64,000 nt of DNA, taken from assembly GCA_964106915.2 (NCBI GenBank), contig OZ066919.1. One strand, written 5' to 3'. A program made the position numbers and the translations under genes. Below are positions 11,641 to 24,556 of this stretch, in pieces. The first letter of the stretch is position 1. Each line of letters begins with the position of its first letter. This DNA is from Podarcis gaigeae. Lineage: Eukaryota. Below the pieces are notes generated by a model. It was not told the DNA's origin and did not search any database. It was given only the letters and a program-made list of their open reading frames with translations.

Positions 11641-14245
11641 AAGGCTTGACACTGCTTTTTGGTGTTAAGACATTGACAGTTGGAACATTTCTGCATTTTT
11701 TGTGAATTGTATGTATTACACCTTGAGGAAAACAAATGTTGTTTATGTGCGTATTTATAGAAAACTAGTTTAAACTCAAATATGCAGCTGTGACATTTGT
11801 GATCTTCTTTAGTGCAGAATGTTTCTCAATCCAGACCACTGCATATGTTGGTTTTCATCTGTTACAGATGATGCACTTATTAAATAGCCAAACCATGTCT
11901 AGATCTGCTTCTGCTCGTGTTTGAGAAAAAATGTTCCTTGAAAGAAAGCACTTTTGTTACAGCAGAAATAAATCTTCTTGTACCTTTAAAAACAGATTTA
12001 TTGTTACTTCTTAATTGTAGACCAGAGCCCACTTACTCAGAGAAAAAGTGTTACTCTTGGCAGGCAGAGATGAGATAAGGGCTATAGAAAAATAGGACAA
12101 AAAAGGCCAGGACACATAACAGATACAGTACATAAGATCCTATGTCTCTTTTGACTTTTAATGTATCTGCTGCACTTACGTAATGTTAAAAATATTAACT
12201 CCATTTAGGAATGTAGCAGCTAAATTAGTTTGCGTTGCTAGGAAGCAAACAGTAAAATCTGTTATGTAGGTCTCTGAAGAGAATTAACAATACACAACAC
12301 AAAAATCAAATAAAAAGGTGGTTCTTTTCATAGTCATAGAATTCGTTTTCCAGATAGGGAAGAAATCCTTTTGCTGCTACAGTTGTTGCTGTTACTAACC
12401 TATCCATGTGCTTGGATTTATTTATTAAATTTATATGCTGCCCTTCCTCCCATAGGATCCCAGGGTAGTTGCATGATGCTCAGGACACTGGCAAAGGAAG
12501 AGGCTTGCGGGAGGAGTGCACCGCCCCCGGCAGCGCGATCCTGGCGGGGTGCCATAGCCGCTGCTCCCCTGCCCGCACTGGGCGCCACACTCATATGAGC
12601 GGTGCGCCACGCCCCTGTGACGTGCACCACGCCCCTACGGGCGGCGCGCCATGCCCCCGGGATGCGCACCAGCTCCGTCCCCGCCTGCTCTCCATCCCCT
12701 GGTGCCAGAGCATGAAGCTCTGCTAGCTCAGGAGTGTAAATTCTGGTTTTGAAGTGGACCTTTGATGGCCTAATGCATTAAGAATAAACACTCAAAGCCT
12801 CATTTGGCTTTGTTTCACCTTTATGCTTAAGAGCATATTGTGCTACCAAGAACAGAATTAATTGAACAGAGTACTGTACTTCTGTGCTACTCAGGGAGCC
12901 AAACATCTGCTAAACCTTAAGGGCCAGAGGTAGGAGAATCTTATGACTCATTCATTCCTCCTTTAGCAGACAAGAATGTGGCAGGTTGTCGGTCTGTGTT
13001 AAAGACAACTCAGAAAAACTCAGACTGGAGAGACTTGGGTCCCAAGGAGTTAATGTTCTATAGATTATTCCTGTATTTCCAAACTAGTTTTGGGTTCTGT
13101 AGTGGCAGCTCCTGCCTTATCCATGTAAAACTTTCTCTCCATAGTGGCTTTTTGTCAGATCTTGGAACAAACTCTCTATGCCAGGGAGATCAATTACCAC
13201 GACCTCTAGGAAAGTAGGAATATTATAATCTAATAGATAAGAGTGAGGGTTATCTAAGTGTGTATTGAACCTCTTGGGTAGTTAGGTGCTTATAATATGT
13301 TCTATACAGATAAATGTAGAATGAGCCTTCTGGTGCAGGAATTCTTTGGATGTCAAGGGGTAGGCACATGTCTCCTGCTGCCTGTAATACAAAAAAAATA
13401 TATTCATATGGTGCAGTTTCCTCATGTGAATCTTCTAGTACCTACTGTCCTTCGCCTGGTTGAAAGTTATGATATTGGCAAACGAGGCTTGTGTGTTTTT
13501 GTCCTCCGCCCCCAAAAGTAATAATTGTCTATTGATGTTTCCCAAACTTAATTCTTTGTTGATTAAACAAAAATTTCACACGTGTAAATGAAAATAGTCA
13601 CTGTGCTGAAGGGTCTTCATAACTTACAGGCAGCCAAGTTTAACAGAATAGCAAAAGTAATACCATTGATTTGATATTGTAGTTTAAGCCTTGCTGTCTG
13701 TCTTTTGAAAAAATAAAAACATGTTCAGCAGTGATGTGGATTGTAGTACTCATTCCCACAGGGTTTTAGAAGTCAAGACTTTGTGGCTCTGTATTGGTTC
13801 CAGGAAATTTCATTATGTGGACTGAGGCGCACATGAATTCCCAAAGCGCATTGTAGCCTCTGGGCAATTTGGTATAAGAGGAGCACCATTCAATCTTTCT
13901 CTGTGTTCATAATATTGTGATAACCATAGACATCTTGTTCAGCTGCAGTGTTAATGTCTAAAGGCTTCAGTTTTGCAGTCCTTGAGCAAAATTCTGCATT
14001 GATGTCATGCCTCTGCAGTCCTTCTCTTCTAGACATTTGTAGTGCTGCTACCTGGATTATAATAAATTCAAGTTTATGTAACACTGCATGATTAACTTGG
14101 TTCATAGATTTGATATAAGCTCCTGAAATTTATATTTATTTTTTAAAATGCAGAATCACATGAACACTGGCAAGGGATGAGAAATCATGTTTCATTATAC
14201 CTCCAATGCCTCTTAGGTTTTTTTTTTAACCTTTTATTACAAGTA

Positions 14246-14486
14246 CAGTGGTACCTCCAGTTATGAACTTAATTCGTTCTAGAGGTCTGTTCTTAACCCG
14301 AAACCGTTCTTAACCTGAGGTGTGCTTTTGCTATTGGGGACTCCCGCTGCCGCCGCGCTGCCAACATGCGACTTCTGCTTGCATCCCGGGGCAAAATTCT
14401 CTACCAGGAGACCTACTTCCGGGTTAGCGGAGCTCGTTATTTAAAGCGTTCGTGAGGAGGACGGTATGTAACCCGAGGTTCCACTG
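14246..14486. mobile_element. Tigger-type MITE, copy C
   Basis: TA-CAGTGGTACCTC...GAGGTTCCACTG-TA. Confidence 0.85.
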
Positions 14487-14489
14487 TAT

Positions 14490-14630
14490 GGAGAATGTTT
14501 CATCCTCCAGATATTGCTGAACTACAACAGTCACCATCCCTGACCATTGGCCATGATTAGTGGGATGGGATGGGATTGCTGATGGGAGATGTAGTCCAGC
14601 AACATCTGGAGGGCCAAAGGTTCCTCACAC
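14490..14630. mobile_element. Degraded palindromic hAT MITE (family of 42682-42817)
   Basis: cctccagat...actacaac...ccatccctgaccattggcc...gatgggagatgtagtcc...catctggaggg. Confidence 0.65.
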
Positions 14631-15439
14631 TTGTTTAATTAAGATGATTTGGGGTTCTTTGCAAACATGAGGACACAAAAACATCTTGAAGCAAAAACTT
14701 GTTATCATATAGAACAAGGACCCAGAATTTAAAGAAATAGATTTATCCTTGTATTGCAGAACCAGTGCTGCTAATGCTGCTGTTCTTCTACAACTGTACA
14801 CTGGATTGGCCATTTTTCTAACTGGTTGTTGAATGTTTGGAAAGTACTGTAAAAAGTGCTGCATGAGGGACTTTGACACATGTCAATTATTGTGATGCCA
14901 GATGATTGACGTGGGGTTTCCCAGCTATCTGTTGAAGGTGGCCTGCAGGGGTAGGGAGGAGATAAGCATCTGGTCTGCTGGGTCAAAAAAGATCCCCACC
15001 CCACCTTTGCACAGTGTCCTAAGACAGCAGGTTCCATCAGGCTCTTCTATTCTTCCCTCTGATGGGTCAGGAAAAGTAATTTGGACTTCATTCCAACTTT
15101 CTTCTGTTTGTTTGGCCTAGAGCACCTGTGTGTACCCTATTGCACCTAGCAAGTGGAAGAAATGTTTAGATTCCTGTTGAAATATAATGCAATATACAAG
15201 TTAAATAAATAGAGAGAACTTGCCTGATGTATGGGTCATGAAAATCAAATGGAATATGCAGACATGTATCATGGGCCCTCTTTAACAATCAGAAGAAGGG
15301 AGGTGTTGGTGTTGTCACACAATGATTGTACCTTGGCCAAGTCTCCAATACCCCAGAGGATAATTTATAAATAATAAATGCTTCCTGACTGAAATATTTT
15401 ACTCTATTAACTTTCTGGCAATTGGTTATGATTCCTGGA

Positions 15440-16050
15440 TCAAGAATATCTAAAGAAAAAAAATCCTTATGCATGGTCTGATTTGAAAAATCTGGAGCTA
15501 TCAGTTGATGAAACTGATGATGACGGCAGCCCGACTGTTGTCTCTGAAAATCCCCAAAAGTGAACCTTGAACTCGTGACTGATACTTTAGAATAATATAG
15601 GGCAGACATGGCAGCAGACTGGTCAAATACTGTAAAAGCATTTCAGCAAAAAATTAAAGAATTAGCTGTATGGGTTAAGGATACCTCCAAAATTGCCACA
15701 GAGGCTAGGGATCTTTGAAGCATAAAAGGCCATTAGAAACCTTATAGAGAAACAGCTAGTTATATAGAGACAAATGGGGTTTTTGGAAGGAATGCTGCTG
15801 CAGACAACCTTAGGGTAAGTTTGATGATTAAAATAATGCTATAAATTGCTATACTGATCTGCTTGTATGGCTGAATGGTCTGTTTCCTGAAATGGAGCTG
15901 ACAGAAAGTGATATTGACAGAGCTCACCAACCCCTTTACCCTAAGCCCAGGGCAGTAGACAGACTGGGAGATGACATTATAAAATTTCAGAGATCCTGTA
16001 AAAGACTTGTTTTATTACATATGCTGCAAAAAAGGACAATGCTTTCAATC
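15440..16050 (+). mobile_element. Degenerate L1-clade ORF1 fragment
   Basis: Translation near 15790-15990 gives RNAAADNLRV and DIDRAHQPLYPKPRAVDRLGDDIIKF, resembling ORF1p motifs RRNNLRI and IERAHR...PRDIIVKF. Confidence 0.55.
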
Positions 16051-16161
16051 TCCCAACTTTAGTTGAGTACTGTACTTTTGGTTGACAGAGAATAAAGAGG
16101 GGGGTGGCAGAGAGAAAAGGTGACCCTACCTACTTTGGGCTTAAGCCCCACCCACTGACTG

Positions 16162-16419
16162 TGTTATGTACTGAAGTTCTCACCCTGGGCCAGCAGGGGG
16201 ATAGTGTAGATAGTTCAGGTCCACATATGCAAATAAGGGATCGAAAGTGACGTTCAGTGATTGGATAGTTACAGAAAATGGTTACTGTTGTGTTCTAGTG
16301 GAGCTCTATATAAGCAGGCTGGCTGAACCCTTCAGTTCAGTTCTGTTCTGGCCTGTGAATAAACAAGAGCTGTTTGAAGAATCGCTGTGTCGTCTGATAT
16401 GTTCACCCACAACTTAACA
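16162..16419 (+). mobile_element. Solo LTR, 258 bp (Gypsy/Copia-like)
   Basis: TGTTA...TAACA inverted ends, 5-bp TSD gactg/gtctg, TATATAA 16307, AATAAA 16358. Confidence 0.85.
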
Positions 16420-16489
16420 GTCTGTATGCAACCCCAACAGATTATCCCCCAGGGAATGCAGATCTCAACAGAAAAAAAGGTTGCCTACC

Positions 16490-18000
16490 CCTGAGCTAGG
16501 GGGAGCCAAGGTTCTGGATTTTGAAATATTTAGGATTCCTGCATTCTTCTTAATCACACAAATGGGATCTGTATGTATGTGCCTGTGCAAACTTTCTCCA
16601 GAATGTTCCAGTGCTCTAGATAGGGAGCTGTCATTGCTGCTCAGGAGGACAGTTTCAACTCTTTGTGCATTCCTTGTGGCTGGTGCCCATTTCCATGTGT
16701 ATCGCAACAGGCTGACAGAGGGCAGGGTGTTTGACCCACACAGCTCTGTCTTCCCAACATCTTCCTACCACTCCCCATCCTCCAGCATCCACAGCTTGAA
16801 GCGGTAGTCTCACTCTGTCTAATGATAGACCCTGACTGATGGTCCATTCCGCTCACATCCGTAAAGCACTACTGTCCTTGGATATGTGTGCCAGATGAAA
16901 GACTGCCTTGACAGTGTTCTTTTATACACTTTTCTCATAGGTACATTCCTTCTTGTGTTTTAGCCCCCAGGCACTCTTACATGAGACTGCAAAGATCCAA
17001 GAAGAAAATACATTGCTTACCTGAAATTGGCTCCCTTTGCTTGGCCATAAGTCTAGTCCCACAATCCATTGTCATTTCCTGCTGTACGTGTGTCTTGCTC
17101 TTAGAAGGTACTCCTCTTTTTGTGGCAGTTGTGATGAAAGTCAACATGCTGAGAGTCAAAATGCTTTTCCTAAGAGGGTGGGTGGGCAGGAGACCATCTC
17201 CTTAGTTAAAGTGCTAGAAGGTTCCATGGATGGCTCTGCACATGTTCTGATCCTGTATGTGTGGTCGCACTAATGACCTTTAACCCCAGTTAAAGGTAAG
17301 CAACTTGTTTTTCTTCCTCCAGGGTCTCTGGGTTTTCAGACCTGTGGTGAGACAGATGTTCAGCCCATTTTCCTATTTCCCAACTTCTTTGGTGGCCAAA
17401 ATTAAGCTCTATAATTGAGGACGTCTCAGTTGAGTAAGCCAGCAGGGAAGCTGTTAACTTGAATATGACTTAATTAGTGTTGGTTTAAGAGACCCCAAGT
17501 GGGATTTCTTTTAAATGCATGCCCAGGAGGACTAAAGCTCAGTCAGAGCCAGTCAGAACTCGCTTTGGAGGCAATTTCATAATTGCCTGCCAGTGTATGA
17601 GCTTAGCCATGAAATACTAATTGGTTCTCTGACATTGCATCTAAACGGCCTTGCTATTGTGCTGACTACTTTTCTTGTCTGAAATAAGTGGATAGTGAAA
17701 GTAACCATTAACAAGCTTTTTAAACTGGTGGGAAAGCAGAAGCTTGTCTCATTAATTAATTCCTGGAGCTTTGAATCTTGAATGATTGGACTGAGCACAC
17801 ACCTTATCTTCTAGTGGAAATAAAAAAGTAAAATCTAGGAAAACGTGTGAACAGAATCTATGTAATGTTCATCCAGGAAGCTCAACACTAACAAATTGTG
17901 CATATGTGTAAATGATGCCAACTTGGTTCCTTTTATGAGAGTATTCTTAAATTCTTTTTTGTGGCAAGAAAAAACACTGCTATGGGCAGGTGACTTTGAA
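16490..18000 (-). mobile_element. Possible highly decayed DIRS-like reverse transcriptase remnant
   Basis: - strand fragments PYLEHW (cf. PYLDDW), GILNISKS (cf. GxxINxEKS) and CFFLPQK (cf. YFLVPKK); scattered and frameshifted. Confidence 0.3.
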
Positions 18001-19307
18001 ACTGGTTTTGAAAGTGGTGGGTAGAGATGAAGATAAATGCATAAGGGACTTTTCACTGGAAGCTACTGAAGGACGACAAAATGCATATAGTATTGCTGGG
18101 CATGTACTGAACATGACCTCTGAATGCTAGTTGCTGGGAATCACAAGTGGGTAGAGTGCTGGTGTGCTTAGGCTCTTCTTTGGGGGCCTCACTTGGGCAT
18201 CTGGTGGCCATGGTAAGAACAGGACATCATTGTAGAAGCCACAGTTTAGCCAGAGTATCCTCCCCTCCTTTAAAGATTGGACCTCTTTAATTGAAGAGGG
18301 ACATTTTTGTAAAGCTACGTTTGTGGTTGTGACAGAACTGCTACCCATAAGCAGCATTAGAGCTTTGCTCTCCTATAGCATTTTAGCCATGCCACTTTAG
18401 CCTTGCCTGGTCAGTGTTCACACCAGGACAGAGGGGTGAGGATGATCAGACAGATGGAATTCCCCTCAGAGAGGTCAGAAATACAGCAATTCTTGACAAT
18501 TTGCCTGTACACACAAATGCTGAAAGGGTTTACGAGGACAACAGCGCACTTGCAAGCTCCACCCTCAGTGTCCCCATGTGCTTAATCTTCCTTGTGTTCC
18601 ATGCCTTAAATATCTTGGGACCCAGGATACTTGAAGGAGTGTTTCTCTCCCTTTTGGTCTGCAGAATTGTAACAATCCACTGATGAGGCGCTCCTGGTTG
18701 TGTGGCTGCCTATGGAAGCATGGTTTGTAGCCACTAGAAAGAAGGCTTTTTCTGTGACAGTGCCTGTACTATGGAACCGCCTTCTCCCTGAGTTTAGGTG
18801 AGCACCTGCATTAATGATGATTGGGCACTTTTAAAAACACATTTCTGCTTGCAGATCTTCACTGGTGCTTGTTTTCTGTATATTATAATTTTAATTCTGC
18901 CTTAGTTTTTCAACTGCATTTTCTTCCTGTATTTTAAAGTACTGGCATGTATTTAAATACTGTTGAACACACCACCTTCGAACTTGACATGGGAGGTGGT
19001 ATAGAACTGTAATGGGAGCAAATTGTGCAAATGGATTGATTTTCATGAATTTCCTTAATTCCTATGCTTTGCTTTGGTTGCAATATTAGGTTTTCAAATT
19101 TTTAGTTTACAGTCATATTGTACTAGTGGAGAGAGAAGCAGTATGGACTGGCAAGCACTGTTGAAGCATCTAGTGGAAGGAGGTGTCTCTAAGACAGCTG
19201 GGGATATCTCAACTTCTTGCATTGCTTGCCTACATTTTAAAGCAGATTATGAGGGGTTGTATAGGGACTTTCACACATTCCCCCTTTTCCAAACCCTTCC
19301 CCAGTTA

Positions 19308-20014
19308 CAGTGGTGCCTCGCAAGACGAAATTAATTCGTTCCGCAAGTTTTTTCTTCTTGCGAGTTTTTCGTCTTGCGAAGCACGGTTTCCCCTAGGAAT
19401 GCATTGAAAATCAATCAATGGGTTCCTATGGAAACCGCCTTCAGACCAGGTCCGGGGACAGTCTGTCCCCGACCTCTTCTGAAGGCTGGGGGGGGGGGGA
19501 CACAAGGGCTTTTCTTCCCACCCCCAGCATTTTAAAAAACCCCGGGACAGCGGAGGACTTCTCCGCTGTCCGGGGCGATCTTAAAATGCTGGCGGGCGGC
19601 AGCGAAGCCTTCGCTGCCGCCCGCCAGCATTTTAAAAAACCCCGGGACCTCTTCTGAAGGCCGGCGGGGGGCGAAAGTCTTTGCTCCCCCCTGCCTGCCT
19701 TCCCGGGAGAGTGGAGAAACGCAGCGTGTTTCTCCGCTATCCCGGACGGCTTTTGAAGGCAGGCGGGGGGGGAGCAAAGACTTTCGCCCCCCGCCGGCCT
19801 TCAGAAGAGGTCCAGGACCTCTTCTGAAGGCTGGCGGGGGGCAAAAGTCTTTGTCCCCCCTGCCTGCCTTCCCGGGGGCTTTTAAATTGCCCCGGGACAG
19901 CGGAGAAGTCCTCCGCTGTCCCGGGGTTTTTTAAAATGCTGGCGGGCGGGTTTTCCGTCTTGCGTTTTGCGGGTTTTCTGTCTTGCGAGGCATTCGTCTT
20001 GCGGGGCACCACTG
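19308..20014. mobile_element. Large GC-rich Tigger-type non-autonomous element with internal inverted repeats
   Basis: TIRs CAGTGGTGCCTCGCAAGACGAA / TTCGTCTTGCGGGGCACCACTG, TA on the left side, CpG-rich. Confidence 0.85.
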
Positions 20015-23000
20015 CATATGCATATGTTCCCATTTGTAGCCACAGGAAAATGTAGTTGGGGTGGATCTGCTGTTTTGCCAAAGAGTTGTCTTTAAAATCT
20101 ACAATAGAGTGGGATGCCTGCTACAATGAAAAAATCCTGTATATAGGCATGCAGATTGTCTTCTGGAATGCCCATGTAATCCCTTCCTGAAGGTCTCCAT
20201 CTCTAAAATTTCAATGTGCCTGCTTATTTTTGCCTCTTCATGTTTTGTCACATGCTAACTGCTAGTATCTAGCTGGCAGGGCTTTTCCTTCTAGTCTGAG
20301 AAGCCTGCTGGCACACTTAGATAGACATTTATGTTAATTGACAGCATAGAGACACATTTGCCTGTCTTTCAATGCAGCTGGAACATGTCCCTTCTTTACT
20401 TCTTTTAGTTCTGGGGCAGGCCTGTAGAGACAGATTCTGTGTCTTTCACTTTCTATGACACCTTTACTATACCTGAAGGTTACACGTGAACCATTTCTGG
20501 TGCAATTTCATGTCAGTCTTGGTGGTTGATAAAACAGGCTATGTTTGGCCTTTTCAGCCTATCTGAAAATCAGTGTCCTGGTCTGTCTCGCTAAAATATG
20601 GCAGTACTTGTTTAAAAAGTCATGTAATTGGCACGGCATGGTTGATGGGTTAAGTTAGAAATAAAAGATGGAATTCAGTGCTGTGTTATGACAAATGTTC
20701 TGTCTGTGTGTGAGAGTATTGTGGAAGATGATCCCTCTCTCCCTAATGTGCTGGTCTCAGGGTTCTCCTTTGCCCCCCTGCCAATTCGGAGGGGGGTGTA
20801 GGAGGAGGAGAGTAAGGTAAAACCCCATTGCACAAGCAGAAGTTCTTGTGCAGAATTACCACTGATAGTGCATTAGATGAATGCCACCCAATACATATAG
20901 CCTACCTTAGAACAGGAATTTGAGTGAGATATTATCTGCATGTTTTTATAATGACGCTTTTTGAATTTTGAGCTCTTTGTTTGGTTTCTCTGGCTTGCTT
21001 TGGCATTTTGTGAGTTCCATGGAAAATAGGTTCATATTTTGAGGCTGAGTAGCTGCTAAATTGTTGCAGTCATTGCAAACCAATGTGTTCTATTGATACA
21101 GAAAGAGGCAGCTGGTGGCAAATGCTCTTACTGATGCTGGCTTTTTCATTTTCCAAATAGAATGGGCGGCCGGACTCCTCCTTCTCAAGAACAGTTTTCT
21201 TGTCTGTGATCTAGAGGCGAAATCACTCCCCACTGTGACTTGGGTGCTAAGGCAGGGGGCGTGAAATGTTAAAGCTTGCAACTGATGAAGAGCAAGGCAT
21301 AATTATTTGTCTCATCAAAGCTTTAGTGCGTTATAGCATAGACTTCGGCAGTGCTGCTCAGTGCTGGTGACTCTGAATAAATTAGCACTTGTTGTCATGA
21401 TCTCAGTAATGCAGAGGAAGAATTGTGTGTTGAGAAAGCAGTGACTGCTTTAGCTGCAGAGCTGCTCCATTTCCACAGTGATACTGATAATTACTCACTG
21501 ATATATTGGCACTTGCATGACACTGGGAGCTCCTTCTGCTTTGATGTCTGAAAGGTGAATGGTAAATAAGTGCTGGCACCACTTCTCATTTCTGAAATAA
21601 GGAAGGCTTGCCCCCATTTAAAGCTGTGCATTTGCTTTGTAGTTTCTGAGCTGCTGCTTGTGGATTCCTATGGTAGAATGTTGAGTTTTGATTAGAACAT
21701 TGATCTTTCCTTTGGCTGGAGTAGCCAGAAAAGCAGCAGCTTGGACTCTGCAGCATCCTATCATTTATCAGTGGTCCTTGGTAGTTCTGACATTATTTAA
21801 TCAATAATTCTTTGAAACTGTGTAGTCTTCAGCTTGGAAGCTTGCTTGTAAATGATTTTTTATATTTAACCCTCACTCATTACCAAGTGAGTACTTCCAC
21901 ATTTCATTGGTTCACCCCAATACGGAATACTTTCTCAGGCTTGCAAGTCAAAAGAGACAAAATGTTTAGCTTGACTGCTGAAGCATTGTTTAGACCAGAG
22001 ACACACACAATGTAAATATTTATTGTAACCCTATAAGAGCCATATTGCCAGTGGTGGATTTTTAGGTATGTGTATAATTAGACCTCCCTATAGCTGATGG
22101 CCACCCAAAGTTACAGGTATTTGTAGACTGTACATTGTTAACTGAGACTGTTAACATTTGAAACATAAACCTATGAACCATGAATTGCCATTGTTGAATT
22201 CTGCTATTTCAGTTTATTTCATTGCTTCCACTCTTTATTTGTACTACTTCCTGATTAAAGTGCATTGCAGGGGGTTGGACTAGATGACCCTGGGGTACCT
22301 TCCAACTCTACAACTTTATGATTCTAAAATTTGTGGAGGCTTGTCAATTAGGACAGGGGTTGCCAACCCAATTCCTTCATTGGCCTTAATTGGTGCCCCA
22401 GAACGGGGCACCAGGCTCTGAGCTTTCTTTTTTCTAAATTTAAGTTTCTAGAAAGAAATAATGAAGTATAACGTGCTGTTTTTGTTAAATGAGCCAGACT
22501 GGCAGCTCCTGCCTGTCAGTGTTTTTAGCCAATGAGTGAAGTCAGAGTTGGGACTGGGAAGTGCTTTGTTTACCTGTTGTTGAAATATTGCCAGAGAATG
22601 CTGTATCTTAATGACTCTACCTTAAATTAGACAACAGTATATGCTGTGCTGTCTGGTGAAACTGTTTCTCCTATTCCTATTTCTATAGCTTGGGAAGTAA
22701 GTGGTGGTTGTTTTTATCACTGGAGAGATTTTTTACTTGAGCTGCAATTCAAATCCCCAATCTTTTGCACTTGTGGTGGAGGATGGGGCAGAGGGCTCAT
22801 TTCACCCAGCCCAAAACACAGCTGGCATAAGTTTCCCTGCCTTCCACCCTGGCTGGCATGAGCAGCAGAACTGTGGATGTGGTGGTGGCTGCACCACACT
22901 GCCATGTCCATCAGCCATCTGGCAGGGGCTAGGATTGGTCTTTTTTTAGTCCCTTTTTATCATTTGCAGAAAGCTGATCTTAAAAAACAACACGTGTATC

Positions 23001-23309
23001 ACATTTTACTCTAGTCAGTTGTTTTAAGTGCATATATAAATAAACATTTATAACACCAGTGGTATATACAGTGCTGTATTTTTGGAATTACTTGGCTATG
23101 GAACAACTGTTATGATTATTCTCTTTGTTTTCTTTAGGAAATTGTATTTCTACAAGATTGCTTGAAGCATATGGCTTTCTGAAAAAGCAACTGAAAGATA
23201 TAGTTTCCTTTTTCTTATGTTCTCTGTGTGTGTCACTGAATTATGTTTTAATTGAGCATATGAATGTGAGCTTTGCTGAAGTATTCAAAGTGTGCTGGAT
23301 ATAAAATAT

Positions 23310-23667
23310 GTTTGTTCTGGGTATAAGCTTTCATGTGCATGTTCGAAAGCACGTCAAGTGCAAGTAGATAAATAGGGAAGGTAAACGGCATTTCCGTGCA
23401 CTGCTCTGGTTCACCAGAAACGGTGTAATCATGCTTGCCACCTGACCTGGAAGCTGTCTGCGGACAAATGCCGGTTCCCTCGGCCTATAGAGTGAGATAA
23501 TAATAATATTTTATTATTTGTACCCCGCCCATCTGGCTGGGATGAGCATGCAGCCCCAGAGTTGTTCACGACTGGACCTAACGGTCAGGGGTACCTTTAC
23601 CTAAGGTGCTACTGGACAATTTTTTAATTTGACTGTGTCAGACCAACACAGCTACCTACCTGAATCT
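23310..23667. mobile_element. Nested cluster: Penelope fragment, Sauria SINE 3' part (23342-23601) and an inverted LINE tail (~23498-23541)
   Basis: Penelope ends match 6403-6591; SINE body matches 30846-31106; the insert is the reverse complement of the tail at ~24465-24490. Confidence 0.7.
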
Positions 23668-24310
23668 GAATGTAAAATAGTTTGAGCTCTTCTTTGCTTC
23701 CTCCTTTGGCACAGTACAACTGAGCCCCTCAGCTCTTTCCATTGCTGCTTATGTCATCCTGAGCTGTTACTCATACTTTCAGGAAAAGTGACAGCTCAAC
23801 TGAGAAGAACCCTCCAGTGTAGAATTATCTTCACATGTGAGCACACACTTTACCATGGGGTTTAGGTAAAAATTGGATCCAGTAACCTGTTTCCTTGTGA
23901 CTCCTCTATATCAGAGAGATGGGACATAATATGCTAGCTGATTACTTGTTGATTTACACATTTAAAAAACTCAGCTGGCCTTTCTCCCATATAGAAAATT
24001 ATGGTGCAGGATTATTGGCCAGAGAAGGATCTTCTTCCACTAACTGTCATTTCATTATCTTATACAGAAGAAATTATTTCTAGAGTCTCTCCTGTTTTGC
24101 AGGTTAGGGTGGAGAGAATATTCACATTGAAGGTTCTGAAGGTGCTAGCACTTTACACAGTTTCTCCCTCCCTCTGGAACACCCTCTAATTGGATGTCAA
24201 GGAGATAAAGAACTATCTGACTTTTAGAAGACATCTGAAGGCAGCCCTGTACAGGGAAGTTTTTAATGTTTGACATTTTATGTTTTTATATGTATTGGAA
24301 GCCACCTAGA

Positions 24311-24463
24311 GTATCTGAAGAAGTGTGCATGCACACGAAAACTGATACCAATAACTAACTTAGTTGGTCTCTAAGTTGCAACTGGAAGGAATTATTTTAT
24401 TTTATCTTATTTATTTTATTTTGTTTTGACTATGGCAGACCAACACGGCTACCTACCTGTAAC
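24311..24463 (+). mobile_element. Penelope fragment with a degenerate hammerhead motif (24311-24348)
   Basis: GTAT-CTGAAGA-AGTGTGCATGCACAC-GAAA-ACTG-ATAC; stem III and cleavage site are mutated. Confidence 0.75.
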
Positions 24464-24505
24464 CAGCCAGATGGGCAGGGTATAAATAAAGTATTTCTTT
24501 CTTTC

Positions 24506-24507
24506 TT

Positions 24508-24554
<47 letters not shown>

Positions 24555-24556
24555 TT
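24506..24556. repeat. (TTTA)n microsatellite
   Basis: About 12 tandem ttta units. Confidence 0.95.

Larger units (their letters stand above)
24168..24556 (+). mobile_element. L2-like LINE 3' end, interrupted by a Penelope fragment and followed by (TTTA)n
   Basis: ctctggaacaccctc...ttttagaagacatctgaaggcagccctgt...ggaagccacctagagt//ccagccagatgggcagggtataaataaa. Confidence 0.6.

Noticed and set aside
12495-12720. CpG-rich patch as a possible promoter (likewise 19308-20014 and 57089-57526)
   Set aside because: Short and sharply bounded; the other two have clear transposon termini. Probably a young transposon fragment, though I could not define its ends.
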